Shown: positions 37,076-47,443 of the stretch, piece after piece
Position numbering within the stretch: the stretch's first letter is position 1
Layout of the letters: every line of letters begins with the position of its first letter
Virus record (IMG/VR): IMGVR_UViG_3300009873_000022
Location: 607 to 64,606 of that record
Strand: one strand, 5' to 3'
DNA length: 64,000 bases
Source of the DNA: a virus
Notes under the pieces: model-generated
What the model was told of the DNA's origin: nothing
Database searches by the model: none
Seen by the model: only the letters and a program-made list of their open reading frames with translations
Made by a program: the position numbers and the translations under genes

Positions 37076-38936
37076 CGTAATCGAAATCTTGCTAAGGGCG
37101 AAGGATGAAACATCTAGCGTCCTTGGCAAGTTCAAAAGCCAACTGCTCAGTGTCAAAGGATTGGTCGCTGGGCTGTTTCTTGGTGGAATTGCTGCGAAGT
37201 TCACGCAGGAGACCATCGGTGCAGAACAGGCCCTGTCGCAGCTTCGAAATGCTCTTCAGAATGTAGGAGCTGCGGCAGGGGTCACGGAAGAGCAGCTTCT
37301 TGCACAGGCGGCAGCTCTTCAGAAGGTCACGCGATTCTCTGATGATGCTGTCCAAGAAACGCAGACTCTTCTGCTGCGGATGGGATTGACTGGAAAGACT
37401 CTAGTTGATGTCACAAAGGCATCTACCAATCTTGCCGAGGCCATGAAAATGGACCTCAGTGGCGCTGCTCGCATTCTGGGCAGGGCCATTGAGGATCCAG
37501 CCCGTGGCATGCTGATTCTGCGCCGATATGGAATCAATTTCAGCGAGTCTCAAAAGCAACTGATCAAAGACCTGAAGGAGACTGGTGATAAGGCTGGTGC
37601 ACAGGCAATCATTCTTAGCGAACTCGAAAAACGATTCAAGGGCGCTGCCGAGGCCGGTGGAAATACGCTAGGAGGAGCACTGGCCAAGTTGAAGAATGCC
37701 TTCGGTGACTTGTTTGAAGCTGGAGAAAAGGACACAGGAAAGGTCGTAGCAGGGCTAAACAAAATAACAGAGGCTCTTCAAGACCCGGCAACCAAGACCG
37801 CCATTGATACGCTTGCTAGCGGGTTCTCCACCCTATTCTCTGTAATAGTAAAAGGTGCTGCGTCTGGGGTCAATGGTATAGAGAAGCTCATCGAAGGGAC
37901 ACGTAGATACAATGAGCTACAGGGTAAGATTGCCATGCTTCGTGATCCTATACAGGGTCCTTCGCAGTGGCTCCGTGACAATGGGTTCAGTGGACCATCA
38001 ACTCGCGGTGGTAGAAGGAACAGAAGTACATCATCTGTCGCGAGTATTGAAGAGGGTCCGGCAGGTGCAATAAGACCACTTCTTGAAGAGTTCCAAATCT
38101 TCGGGGCTGCTGCCAAAGGGATTGCGAGTGAGGACGTCATTGGAAACTACATGGATGGCCTCGAGAAAGAGACCAGAACCAATGTCGAGTCAATCAGTGG
38201 GCAACTCGATGAGTTTCGCGCGAAGCTCGATGTCCTAGTTTCTGGTGGTCCGGGCGGTGGAGGAAAGCTATCTAAAGAAGAGGCAAAGAAGCGGTGGGAA
38301 GAGCGATTCGATGAGTTGATCCCGGCCTTCGACATACAGAAGATCAGGGAAATGAAGAAGCCTCTTGAGACAGGGCTGAGTGAGCTATCTCAGTTCAGTA
38401 TCGGAGTATTCAGGAGAATGGGCGAGAGTATCTCGCAGTCCTTCAGTGACGCATTGTATGAAGGGAAGTTCTCAATGCAGACCCTCAAGGACATTGTGCG
38501 CAGGTCGCTCTCTGACATTGGTGCAACCATTCTTTCAAGTGGGATCAAAGAAGCCTTCGCCAGTTTGTTCAAGGGAAGCTCATCTGCCACGGGAAGTAGC
38601 AGTGGAGGAATATGGTCCTCGATCATATCTGGAATAGGAGCCGCATTCGGATTCAAGGCGGGTGGTGGACGGATCGATGGTCCGACTTGGGTCGGTGGAG
38701 AGTTAGTAGCTCCGAGTGACAGCGCACATGTCTACAATGCTAGTCAACTGGCGTTCATGGGTGCTGGAGGCGGGTCTAGTGTCAACTACTCTCCAGTCTA
38801 CAACATCACCATCGAAGCGAAAGACGCAGAGGATACTAAAGCCAAGATGGCCGAGTATCTCGAGAGAAGGCTGGCGGAAGAAAGGCAGGAATTGGCACGT
38901 GACATGCGCCGCAATGGTATTGGAGTTCTTAAATGA
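37065..38936 (+). CDS. tail tape measure protein
   Basis: The protein is 623 aa. The N-terminus has hydrophobic and coiled-coil segments and G-rich regions typical of tape measure proteins. Confidence 0.75.
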   Translation: MANNVIEILLRAKDETSSVLGKFKSQLLSVKGLVAGLFLGGIAAKFTQETIGAEQALSQLRNALQNVGAAAGVTEEQLLAQAAALQKVTRFSDDAVQETQTLLLRMGLTGKTLVDVTKASTNLAEAMKMDLSGAARILGRAIEDPARGMLILRRYGINFSESQKQLIKDLKETGDKAGAQAIILSELEKRFKGAAEAGGNTLGGALAKLKNAFGDLFEAGEKDTGKVVAGLNKITEALQDPATKTAIDTLASGFSTLFSVIVKGAASGVNGIEKLIEGTRRYNELQGKIAMLRDPIQGPSQWLRDNGFSGPSTRGGRRNRSTSSVASIEEGPAGAIRPLLEEFQIFGAAAKGIASEDVIGNYMDGLEKETRTNVESISGQLDEFRAKLDVLVSGGPGGGGKLSKEEAKKRWEERFDELIPAFDIQKIREMKKPLETGLSELSQFSIGVFRRMGESISQSFSDALYEGKFSMQTLKDIVRRSLSDIGATILSSGIKEAFASLFKGSSSATGSSSGGIWSSIISGIGAAFGFKAGGGRIDGPTWVGGELVAPSDSAHVYNASQLAFMGAGGGSSVNYSPVYNITIEAKDAEDTKAKMAEYLERRLAEERQELARDMRRNGIGVLK

Positions 38937-39934
38937 GTACACAACTTATTCCGCCGTGGATTATTCCGTTGACGGAGGACTATGAGTATCCGGATGATGG
39001 TACGCTTCTTCATCGTTCGCAGTTCGCTCCTGGTCTGACTCAGCGTCAAAGCTATGGTGACCCGAGACTCAAGCTCTCACGCAAACATGTAGTTCGCGGT
39101 GAGGAGATGGGGGTTCTGGCCTCTGTTCTAAAGAGTGCGAAGGGTTCATTCGAGTCGGTATATTCACGCGTACACAGAACTCGTCGTGGGTCTTTTCCTA
39201 CAGCAGAGCTTCTGTTGAACCCGTACTTTGCCAATGGAACTACTGATTGGGCATCATCCAATGCAAATTTGGTACTCAGTGTAGCCGATAGGACATTGCG
39301 CGGAACTCGCGCTGGCGTTGCCGCTGACTATACCATACGTCCAGGGTCATTCACTACGATATCTGGCGCCTGCTACTTTGCACGACTGATTTCTCAGTCT
39401 GGTAAGGGAGCAATGGACTACAGACTTCAGTTCGGCACTACTGCCGGAGGAGCTGAACTATCGGCCACGGCGGCAGATATAACTTCAGCAGGAATGAAGA
39501 CCCTCTATGCTGTGGCAACTGGAACGACCACTCACTTCAGCATCTTAGATGGTAACACTAGCCGCTCTATTGGAGACTTCCAAGAGTTTCTGTATGTCAG
39601 TGTTTCAAGATGCATCATGGTCAATGGGGCAGGCCAGACCGGTAACGCATTGAATGTAGATGGCCTGCCTGTTTCTACAGCTGGTCTACTTCTTAGGGAT
39701 GACCCTATCGAAATCAATGGCGAATTGAAATTCTGTTCCACGTCATTAAATAGTGATTCATCTGGCGCAGGGTATCTGCAATTCACTCCGGCCCTCGTGC
39801 GGTCTCCTGAAGACAACGACCCCATCGTCGTTCACATGCCAATGGCTAAGTTTCTTGCTTCCAACTACCGAGAGTCGAACAAGTACGGGTTGCAACTTGA
39901 CATCGAGTATGACCTGGAGCACATCTACGAATGA
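38933..39934 (+). CDS. minor tail protein
   Basis: 333-aa ORF downstream of the tape measure gene. Confidence 0.45.
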   Translation: MSTQLIPPWIIPLTEDYEYPDDGTLLHRSQFAPGLTQRQSYGDPRLKLSRKHVVRGEEMGVLASVLKSAKGSFESVYSRVHRTRRGSFPTAELLLNPYFANGTTDWASSNANLVLSVADRTLRGTRAGVAADYTIRPGSFTTISGACYFARLISQSGKGAMDYRLQFGTTAGGAELSATAADITSAGMKTLYAVATGTTTHFSILDGNTSRSIGDFQEFLYVSVSRCIMVNGAGQTGNALNVDGLPVSTAGLLLRDDPIEINGELKFCSTSLNSDSSGAGYLQFTPALVRSPEDNDPIVVHMPMAKFLASNYRESNKYGLQLDIEYDLEHIYE

Positions 39935-40557
39935 CGCGAAATACAGCCGCCGCCGTAACCTCTGCGTCTAGCTTGCCGGTAGTACGCTATCGCATTCTAT
40001 GCGAGATAGATTCGCTGACCGGTGGAACGCTGAGAATGTCGAATGGAAATGAGTTCATCAGGTTCAATAGTAACACCTACTCACCGCTTGGAACCTTGGC
40101 CAGCATGGACAAGGTCCAGGAGGATTCAGAGATCTATCCTCGTGCAGTGAGATTGAAGCTTGCTGCCGTTCAGTCTGCGCAGATAGTGGATTTGATTAAT
40201 GAAACGTACTTCAACAAGCCAGTGCGCCTGTATCGCACTTTCTTGACTGACTCCTACACGGTAGTCAGCACACCTGAGCCTCTATTCAGTGGATTCGTGA
40301 ACATGGCCAGATTCAATACTGGCGATAAGGAATCTTACTTCGAGATAGAGGTAGAGAGCAGGTTGATCAGGCAACCTCGTGTGAGGTACTTCACCAGAGA
40401 AGTACATCAATTTGTCATGGGCTACAGTGGGGACACCTTCTTTGATCTTGTTCCGATGATTCCATTGACCAAGGCTAATTGGGGCGGGCATAACATCAAT
40501 GTCAATAAGAATCCCATGCCCGCATATGACGATCCTTACTGGGACCAATACGTATGA
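39931..40557 (+). CDS. minor tail protein (distal tail, L-like position)
   Basis: 208-aa ORF. Confidence 0.45.
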   Translation: MTRNTAAAVTSASSLPVVRYRILCEIDSLTGGTLRMSNGNEFIRFNSNTYSPLGTLASMDKVQEDSEIYPRAVRLKLAAVQSAQIVDLINETYFNKPVRLYRTFLTDSYTVVSTPEPLFSGFVNMARFNTGDKESYFEIEVESRLIRQPRVRYFTREVHQFVMGYSGDTFFDLVPMIPLTKANWGGHNINVNKNPMPAYDDPYWDQYV

Positions 40558-40958
40558 GATACGAAGACTGGCAAACAAGATTTTGGATGGAATTGGACCG
40601 CGCCAAGATCAGGCGATGGCAGTGGGGAGTCCATGATTGCGTATCCTTCGCAGCTCGAATGGCTGATGTCATCTCCGATAGGGATTATGCAGCACTGAAG
40701 TCGTCCATACAATGGAACACACCGAAACAAGTTGCTGAGTTACTGAAGGCTAAGCCCTTGAAAGAGTTGATAGAAGGTGTACTTGGGCCATCAATGGATT
40801 GGAGATTCGCCAAGCATGGCGACTTGGTCATTGCGACCGATGAGTCTAGTGCCGAAGTACTGACAGTCCATGATGGCAGTCGTCTATTGTGTGCCGATAA
40901 GATCGGGTACTGCATAGTAGACATCAAGTACGCGGCATGCGCCTGGAGGGTGATCTAA
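40554..40958 (+). CDS. tail-associated protein with a possible NlpC/P60-like Cys-His (lambda gpK-like position)
   Basis: The motif GVHDCVSFAARM is present. The protein is 134 aa. Confidence 0.35.
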   Translation: MRYEDWQTRFWMELDRAKIRRWQWGVHDCVSFAARMADVISDRDYAALKSSIQWNTPKQVAELLKAKPLKELIEGVLGPSMDWRFAKHGDLVIATDESSAEVLTVHDGSRLLCADKIGYCIVDIKYAACAWRVI

Positions 40959-43156
40959 TGCCTCAATTCATTGCCGCTGCCGCAGTATGGCTCATCGAAG
41001 CCGGAATTCCGGCTGCGGTCGTTACTTTCGCTGCGAATGTCTTTGTGTATGCATCCACGACATACATTCTAGGCAGAGTGAATCAGGCTTTAGCGCCCAA
41101 GCAGCGCGGACAGTCTGGGAATGCCGCCGTCGCAGAGGGTATGGAAATATCCTACTACGACTCTGGCGCTGGGCTTCGTATCATCTATGGGCGAGTTCGT
41201 GTCGGTGGAATGGAAACAATTCCTCCATTCACGTCTGGAGACAACTACGAGTATCTGCACAAGGTACTGACCATTGCAGGACACGAGGTAGACTCTTTCT
41301 ATGGCGCTCAGTTCAACACTAACACCATCGATGTGAGAAGTCTTCAACCGATGGCGTTCACTACCAGCGATGGGCAGGTGAACTTTGGTACCTATCAGAA
41401 CAATGCATGGATCAGGCTTTCACGCGGTACGTCTACTGACTCAGCGGATGCCATTCTCTGCAGCGTCGATTCTGCGACATATGGGTTGGCGCGCGGTAGG
41501 GGAATAGCCAAGGCTAGGGTGTCATTCAAATACACTGACACACTGTGGCGAACGGGCGTTCCAGAATGTACCTTCGTAGTGCAGGGAAAGCGATGCTACG
41601 ACCCAAGACTGGATTCATCTCCGGGCGCTGATCCGACTAATCCAAGCTATGCAGCCTGGACCTCAAACGGAGTACTACATACCGTAGACTATCTGATGAG
41701 TGAGTACGGTGGTGGCTACTCTAGCTCTGATATCGACTGGACTCTAGTCGTGATTGCGGCGAACACCGCAGATGAAGCAGTCAATATTCCAGGGTCTACT
41801 ACACAACCTCGGTACACCTTCAATGGGCTCATTGATGCATCTGCATCATTCACTGATAACTTGAAGACCTTGGTTAATTCCTACCTTGGAAGGTTGACAT
41901 TCACTGGGGGCAAGTGGCGGGTCTACGCGGGTAGCTGGCAGACTCCGTCCACGTCGATTGACTACACGGACTTCATCTCGCCTGTCGGTATCACGTTTGA
42001 AAACGGCAGACAGCGTCGCTTCAGCAGAATGTCGGTCTGGTACGTAGACCCTTCTCGCAACTGGCAACGAGTGCAGTGCTACCCGCGATATAACTCCACG
42101 TATGCCACTGCAGACTTTGAAACCATCGATGCAGAAATAGAGCAACTAGCAACCACGAGCGAGTACGAGGCACAGCGGAAGGGTGAGTTCTTGCTGCGCG
42201 CATCGCGAAACCAAGTGACGGTCACTGGCCGTCTTCCTCCTCGCATGCAGAACATCGCATTGTGGGATACGGTCACCCATACTTGGGGCGCGATTGGATG
42301 GGCATCAAAGACCTTCAGGGTCACTGCGATTGATATGAATGTCGATGCGTCTCTTGACGTAGTGCTTCTTGAAGAACAGTCTGGAGATTGGACTGATCTA
42401 GCGGCCGGGGACTACAATTCTGCATCCACTGCCGCAATCCCCAGCATCAATCCTACATCACCAAGTGAACCGCAGAATGTGGCTGCATACGGTCTTGGAG
42501 GGGCCATCCTGATTGACTGGGATGATCCCATCATTCGTCCCATAGGTACTAGGTACCGAGTGTTCCTTGGGAACAGCAACTATCCAATAGGAGCACAGGT
42601 CTGGGACGGTGATGTCACGAAGGCTATAATGTATCGTGACACTACTTCTCCAGCTTACTTCTGGGTTCAGGCATATGCTGGGGATCAAGAGAGTCTGATT
42701 GCACCGAGCACGTACGGGATTGGAGCCGCTGCTTCTGTACTGATTGGAGTCAACTCACCGGTAGTGCCGTCCTCCATACCTCCATCCCCGCCGACCATCA
42801 CTGGTGTTTCTAACTTCCAGATGCCATATGCAGTCGGTGGAACACTGGGATATGCCGACTATGCCATTGGCGATGACCCTTCTGTACAGGCGTCTGGCAT
42901 CGGTACGTTCAGCTATCAGTGGAGTGTCTTCTCGCTGACAGCGAGGCCTAGGGGATTCCTTAACTCTGTCTATGTACTACCTAACTCTGCACTGACCATA
43001 TCTGGCGTCAACAGCAATAGACCAGTCATGTATGTGTCTACTCAAATGGGAATTTCCTCATACAGTTACATCAATGGCGGTGTGAAAGTTTTGGTATCTA
43101 ACGCTGGTGGGACGGCAGTCAATACTACTATGACTCTGTCATTCTGGAGAAAGTGA
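40937..43156 (+). CDS. central tail fibre/host-specificity (J-like) protein
   Basis: 739-aa ORF after the small tail proteins. Confidence 0.55.
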   Translation: MRLEGDLMPQFIAAAAVWLIEAGIPAAVVTFAANVFVYASTTYILGRVNQALAPKQRGQSGNAAVAEGMEISYYDSGAGLRIIYGRVRVGGMETIPPFTSGDNYEYLHKVLTIAGHEVDSFYGAQFNTNTIDVRSLQPMAFTTSDGQVNFGTYQNNAWIRLSRGTSTDSADAILCSVDSATYGLARGRGIAKARVSFKYTDTLWRTGVPECTFVVQGKRCYDPRLDSSPGADPTNPSYAAWTSNGVLHTVDYLMSEYGGGYSSSDIDWTLVVIAANTADEAVNIPGSTTQPRYTFNGLIDASASFTDNLKTLVNSYLGRLTFTGGKWRVYAGSWQTPSTSIDYTDFISPVGITFENGRQRRFSRMSVWYVDPSRNWQRVQCYPRYNSTYATADFETIDAEIEQLATTSEYEAQRKGEFLLRASRNQVTVTGRLPPRMQNIALWDTVTHTWGAIGWASKTFRVTAIDMNVDASLDVVLLEEQSGDWTDLAAGDYNSASTAAIPSINPTSPSEPQNVAAYGLGGAILIDWDDPIIRPIGTRYRVFLGNSNYPIGAQVWDGDVTKAIMYRDTTSPAYFWVQAYAGDQESLIAPSTYGIGAAASVLIGVNSPVVPSSIPPSPPTITGVSNFQMPYAVGGTLGYADYAIGDDPSVQASGIGTFSYQWSVFSLTARPRGFLNSVYVLPNSALTISGVNSNRPVMYVSTQMGISSYSYINGGVKVLVSNAGGTAVNTTMTLSFWRK

Positions 43157-43710
43157 TGGGAATCGTAAGGGATTTAAACGAACTTGGAATACTGGCCTCC
43201 CAGATTTCTGGGCAGTTGGTAGACGGGCAGATTGCCTCACTGTCAGGAAGTAAGATAAACTCTGGCACCGTCGCCGCTGCCTACATTGATTCTGCCATTG
43301 CCAGACTTGCTTCGCCTGCATTCACCGGTACACCTACCACACCGGATGTCGCAAGTGTAGATGCGTCGACAAAGATCGCCAACACTAATTTCGTCAACCC
43401 GACACGCAACTTCACGGCATCGAGCGGAAGCTACGTGTTCGCCAACGGATTCAAAATTTGTTGGGGATATCAGTATCAAGGCGATCATGGTGGCGGTGGC
43501 TTCGGTGGCGCCAATGGCTCAATCAATTTCGATGGTGGCTTCACTACTGGCATTCTCGGACTGGTCGCGACCATCTATGACGCGAATGCAACCGCCAGCA
43601 TCATTCTCAATACGTACAACTGGTCGCAGTCTGGTTTTTATTGGGCCACATCAGAAATGGCTGCAATCACGCAAGACTACTACATCATGTACATTGCTCT
43701 TGGGTACTGA
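43153..43710 (+). CDS. tail fibre-associated protein
   Basis: 185-aa ORF with a G-rich region. Confidence 0.4.
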   Translation: MMGIVRDLNELGILASQISGQLVDGQIASLSGSKINSGTVAAAYIDSAIARLASPAFTGTPTTPDVASVDASTKIANTNFVNPTRNFTASSGSYVFANGFKICWGYQYQGDHGGGGFGGANGSINFDGGFTTGILGLVATIYDANATASIILNTYNWSQSGFYWATSEMAAITQDYYIMYIALGY

Positions 43711-43712
43711 TC

Positions 43713-44174
43713 ATGATTATCACGCTGACACGCGACGCGAATCAACCATCAACAGACTGTACGCTCGGGGTCATGCTGGTTAATGAACGAAAGTTCTTCA
43801 CGATGGAACGACCATGGATACCAGAGTCTACCGGTGTCGGCATTGCCGGTCAGCCTTACCTGTCGTGCGTATCTACCGGAACTTACCGTCTAGAGCGCAG
43901 AGAAACTGAGGCGCGTGGAAAGCACTGGATGCTGTATGCCCCGACTCTCGGAGTCTACCGTTATCCACAAGATGTACCGGCAGGAGTTCACGGGCGCAGC
44001 CTCATCTTGATCCACGCTGCCAACTATGCCGAAGAACTGCATGGCTGCATTGCTCCTGGAAAGACTCGCTTCAAAAGCGAAGGCAGGTGGATGGTAACAG
44101 AATCTCGCGCCGCCATGAATGAGCTGCGCACTCTTCTTGGAAATCAGTTGGACTTAATCTTGGAGATAAAGTGA
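43713..44174 (+). CDS. YkuD-like L,D-transpeptidase-fold protein (putative cell-wall-active lysis enzyme)
   Basis: The motif H-x12-LHGCIAPG fits the L,D-transpeptidase H...HGC signature. The start MIITLTRD follows the upstream stop. Confidence 0.45.
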   Translation: MIITLTRDANQPSTDCTLGVMLVNERKFFTMERPWIPESTGVGIAGQPYLSCVSTGTYRLERRETEARGKHWMLYAPTLGVYRYPQDVPAGVHGRSLILIHAANYAEELHGCIAPGKTRFKSEGRWMVTESRAAMNELRTLLGNQLDLILEIK

Positions 44175-44629
44175 TGTTGAAACTAATGGAAGCCTTATCA
44201 AAAGTCGTTCCATTCATTGCCGGGCTTCTTCCCGATCCAGACGCTACTCATGAGGAGCTTCACGTGTGGAGACTTAGAATTGTATTCTGTCAGATCTTTG
44301 CCTTCATAGTCATGCTTAGTCTTTCTGGTATAGCCTATGTGGCCTTCACGACATTTGTGTCTGCCGATGAATTAGACTTGAAGATACAAAAGGCTGTCAA
44401 GCCAATCGAGATGAAGGTAGATTCATTGGATGTATTGGTCAGGCAGCAACTCGCTGTCACTCTTTCTACACAAATCCGAGACGCACGCAGACGGTGGTGT
44501 GCCGCACCGATAGACTCAATGGATAGAGAGCGCACTCAACAGGACATTGACAGGCTTCAGGATGAATACTACAGGGTCAAGGGCGAAAGATATTCTGTGC
44601 TGCCTTGTGCAGAACTCAATGGGAGGTAA
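44171..44629 (+). CDS. membrane protein (1 TM), possibly holin- or antiholin-related
   Basis: The TM segment is IVFCQIFAFIVMLSLSGIAYVAFTTFV. Confidence 0.4.
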   Translation: MMLKLMEALSKVVPFIAGLLPDPDATHEELHVWRLRIVFCQIFAFIVMLSLSGIAYVAFTTFVSADELDLKIQKAVKPIEMKVDSLDVLVRQQLAVTLSTQIRDARRRWCAAPIDSMDRERTQQDIDRLQDEYYRVKGERYSVLPCAELNGR

Positions 44630-44631
44630 TC

Positions 44632-44832
44632 ATGTGGTCTAGCATCTGGGCATTTTGGGTTGGACACGGAACGAAGGTTCTGGGTTTTCTTTCTGGTACC
44701 ATCGCGGCCGTAGCTGGTGTCGGCGGGTTGATCCCTGATCGTCATCTCAAATACTACATGGCTGTCATTGCAGTCCTGACGTTCTGGCGCGGTTTCTTCA
44801 ATAGTGCGCAGAACAAGGATGGTGGAGTATGA
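44632..44832 (+). CDS. putative holin (2 TM)
   Basis: ATG follows GGGAGG. Two hydrophobic helices are present. The protein is 66 aa. Confidence 0.5.
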   Translation: MWSSIWAFWVGHGTKVLGFLSGTIAAVAGVGGLIPDRHLKYYMAVIAVLTFWRGFFNSAQNKDGGV

Positions 44833-45308
44833 CTGACCTATCAAAGATCCTGATTGGATGTGTGGCCTTGATACTACTATTGGCAGGGTCATATGGAAAA
44901 GGAAGAAGTGACGGCGCTGCCATTGAGCGGAACAAGTTCAATGAGGTATCAATCGCGCAGAAGGTGCGCATCGAAGAACTGGAGAAGCGACAGGCAAGAA
45001 TCTCAGAGGAGAAGGACAATGAGTGGAGTGGAAAAGTGCGCGAGCTCAATGTGCGCATTGATGCTCTCAGCAATCTTGATATCGAGCCTATCAGGCTGTG
45101 TGTCCCGCGTCGTAGCATCGGACCCTCCGAAGTTCCCGCCACTGCCAGAAGCGGTGACGGAGGAGGTTCCAACGAAGGACATGGTTTGTTGGCTGGGGGA
45201 GATATTAGGCAGGACCTCTTGGTGTACGCAAAACAATGCGAATCAATGAGACAGAGGTTGGCCATTGCCCAGAAGTGGGCTTACGAGGTGAGTAGAGAAC
45301 AGAAGTGA
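44829..45308 (+). CDS. i-spanin (Rz-like): N-terminal TM plus a coiled-coil periplasmic domain
   Basis: The N-terminal TM segment is ILIGCVALILLLAG, followed by heptad repeats. Confidence 0.6.
   Translation: MTDLSKILIGCVALILLLAGSYGKGRSDGAAIERNKFNEVSIAQKVRIEELEKRQARISEEKDNEWSGKVRELNVRIDALSNLDIEPIRLCVPRRSIGPSEVPATARSGDGGGSNEGHGLLAGGDIRQDLLVYAKQCESMRQRLAIAQKWAYEVSREQK
45019..45249 (+). CDS. o-spanin (Rz1-like lipoprotein) embedded in the +1 frame of the i-spanin gene
   Basis: The RBS is GAGGAGAAGG. The lipobox is LSGC, followed by proline-rich PPKFPPLPEA. Confidence 0.55.
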   Translation: MSGVEKCASSMCALMLSAILISSLSGCVSRVVASDPPKFPPLPEAVTEEVPTKDMVCWLGEILGRTSWCTQNNANQ

Positions 45309-45344
45309 GAAGGAGGGCCGCGAGTTACCACGGCCCTCACTTCA
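45309..45344. terminator. bidirectional hairpin between convergent lysis and leftward-arm transcription units
   Basis: The hairpin is GAGGGCCGcgagttaccaCGGCCCTC, with an 8-bp stem. Confidence 0.45.
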
Positions 45345-45345
45345 T

Positions 45346-45651
45346 TCAAGCCAGATGCACTTGACTAAGTTCCAAGCCATTCATGTCTGCGACGATTTGT
45401 CGATATCGAAGTACTTCGGCATCCATCGCACTTACCATAGCCTCCCAGTACTCGACCTCCGTCATGACTCCCTTCTTGATGAGAAGCTGTACCAGTCCTG
45501 AGTGCTGAACCATTGCAGAGTTCACTCCTACTCGAAGATGCTTTGGCTCTTGATCCTTGCTTCTAGGCATGGAGGCCACTCCAGATTGCATGGCGTGACA
45601 CAGTTCGTTGTACCGTTGCATCAGCTGCGATAGCTTCACTACGTCTTCCAT
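45346..45651 (-). CDS. hypothetical protein
   Basis: The start MEDVV overlaps the SPFH stop as ATGA. The track ORF extends to 45723. Confidence 0.4.
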   Translation of the reverse strand: MEDVVKLSQLMQRYNELCHAMQSGVASMPRSKDQEPKHLRVGVNSAMVQHSGLVQLLIKKGVMTEVEYWEAMVSAMDAEVLRYRQIVADMNGLELSQVHLA

Positions 45652-46610
45652 CACTTTACTCCTGTGCTGAAAAATGGGATGGGAAGGCTGGCGTTGTACT
45701 GCTGTGGCAGTTGACCGTTCCACCGCTCAGCCTTGGTCTGCTCAACCTGAATGCGCAGCACTTCGAGCACATCCTTGTTCTGCTGAAGCGCGGCGTTCTG
45801 GATCTTCATGGCATCTGCCTTTGCAGTGGCATTCTTCAAGGTGGCATATGCCTCGCCGTCAGCAGTGGCCCTTACTGCAGACGCCTCTGCTTCTGCAATG
45901 GCAACCTTCTGCTTCTGTTCAGCTTCGACGGTCTTCAGCTTGTTCTCAGCACCGAGGCGAAGCTGCTCTTGTGTCACCTTGTCATTGATGGCGTCCATGT
46001 ACGACTTGCTGAATGCAAAGTTGCGCATATCGATGTTGACTACCTGTGCGCCATACAGGGCCAGCTTCTGCCCTAGCGCAGCATAGATATCTGACGATAC
46101 CGCTGCTCGTTTCGCAATGAGATCAGGTGCAGTGTACTTCGCAGTCACGGCCTTGAAGATTTCCTGTGCGGCTGTTTGCACGTAGCTGGAAAGATCACCG
46201 TCGTGTGAGTACTTCTCATAGACCTCCGCGACCTTGTCTGGGCTGATGGAGTAACGAACTGTCAGACTGACTGTCACTGGCTGCGTGTCAGAGGTTGAGC
46301 CGTTTGCATTCTCAATATCAGCTTGCTCAGCACGAACATTGAACAGCGCAATCTTCTGCCACGGAGGAAGGATAGCCAGCCCTTCCTGTTCAATGCCAAC
46401 GATCTTTCCGAATTGAGTCACTACACCACGACTTCCCGTTGGAACAGAATAAAATGGCCACAGAATACTGATCGCGATGAGTATCGCTATGGTAATCAGT
46501 ACGTCCCTGATGATGGCCGTAAAGTTCACCTCTGTGACTACCCTTGCTGGCCCTCTTCCGAATGCGTCTTCGATTGTCTTTGTCTTGGTGTATCTGTCTT
46601 TGATGCTCAT
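45651..46610 (-). CDS. SPFH/band-7 (prohibitin/HflKC-like) membrane protein
   Basis: An N-terminal TM segment is followed by an SPFH core and a C-terminal A/E-rich coiled coil. Confidence 0.75.
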   Translation of the reverse strand: MSIKDRYTKTKTIEDAFGRGPARVVTEVNFTAIIRDVLITIAILIAISILWPFYSVPTGSRGVVTQFGKIVGIEQEGLAILPPWQKIALFNVRAEQADIENANGSTSDTQPVTVSLTVRYSISPDKVAEVYEKYSHDGDLSSYVQTAAQEIFKAVTAKYTAPDLIAKRAAVSSDIYAALGQKLALYGAQVVNIDMRNFAFSKSYMDAINDKVTQEQLRLGAENKLKTVEAEQKQKVAIAEAEASAVRATADGEAYATLKNATAKADAMKIQNAALQQNKDVLEVLRIQVEQTKAERWNGQLPQQYNASLPIPFFSTGVK

Positions 46611-46617
46611 GCTTCCC

Positions 46618-47259
46618 TCAGAATAGTTTGAACGTTATGAACCCGTTTTTCCAGAATGATGCCGATCCATCTTCTTGTACAGGCGTCTCCGGTACCTCGA
46701 AATCGAAATGATACTCTTTATCTAGTAACCTCCTTGCCTTGGTCAAGCCTCTGTATGCAGTGAGCATGGCCAGCCTCTTGTTATGTAGATCTCGTTTGGC
46801 AACATCATACATGGACAGCAGAGGATGATCAGCATTCTTTTTCTTAGCTGCCTTTTCCAACTTCTTCAGATGTTTTCTGGCTGCCGCATTCGTGTCTAGA
46901 TCGCCCTCAACCCTCTCGATATTCTGCTCTACAATGAGGATCACATGGTTGAGAAAGTCTGCATCCTCGTTCCCCAGAACTTGCCTCAACGCTTCGGTCA
47001 CTATCTGGCGAATGATCAAGTGCGCGTACTCTTCTCTAGATAGGCTTTTCTTTGTTTCTCCTTCTTTGTCATACCGATCCCTCTTTTCTGGGTCACTCAG
47101 TATTTCATAGGCGCGATTGATCTCTGCCATCTTTTCATTCGCGTCACTGCTCTTGTTTCTATCCGGATGATAGTGAGATGACTTTCTTCGGAAGGCTTTT
47201 CGTATCTCATCCTGTGTGGCATTGGGTCTGACGCCCAAGATTTCATACAGACTAGCCAT
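46618..47259 (-). CDS. DnaJ (J-domain) co-chaperone-like protein
   Basis: The J domain is [31 protein letters not shown], with the HPD motif. Confidence 0.75.
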   Translation of the reverse strand: MASLYEILGVRPNATQDEIRKAFRRKSSHYHPDRNKSSDANEKMAEINRAYEILSDPEKRDRYDKEGETKKSLSREEYAHLIIRQIVTEALRQVLGNEDADFLNHVILIVEQNIERVEGDLDTNAAARKHLKKLEKAAKKKNADHPLLSMYDVAKRDLHNKRLAMLTAYRGLTKARRLLDKEYHFDFEVPETPVQEDGSASFWKNGFITFKLF

Positions 47260-47443
47260 AGATTTCTCTCATGCCCATGTACCAGATATAGACCAGAGAC
47301 GGAATGACCCACAGAACTAGCCATGCTACCGCAGACCAGAAAATCACTTTTCCAGGAACAGAATCCGGATTAGACATCCCTTGATAGTACCCAAGCATGA
47401 TCATGCCGCCCACTATCCCTATCATTAGCATGCCCGCTATCAT
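47252..47443 (-). CDS. small membrane protein (2 TM)
   Basis: 63-aa hydrophobic ORF. Confidence 0.4.
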   Translation of the reverse strand: MIAGMLMIGIVGGMIMLGYYQGMSNPDSVPGKVIFWSAVAWLVLWVIPSLVYIWYMGMREIYG

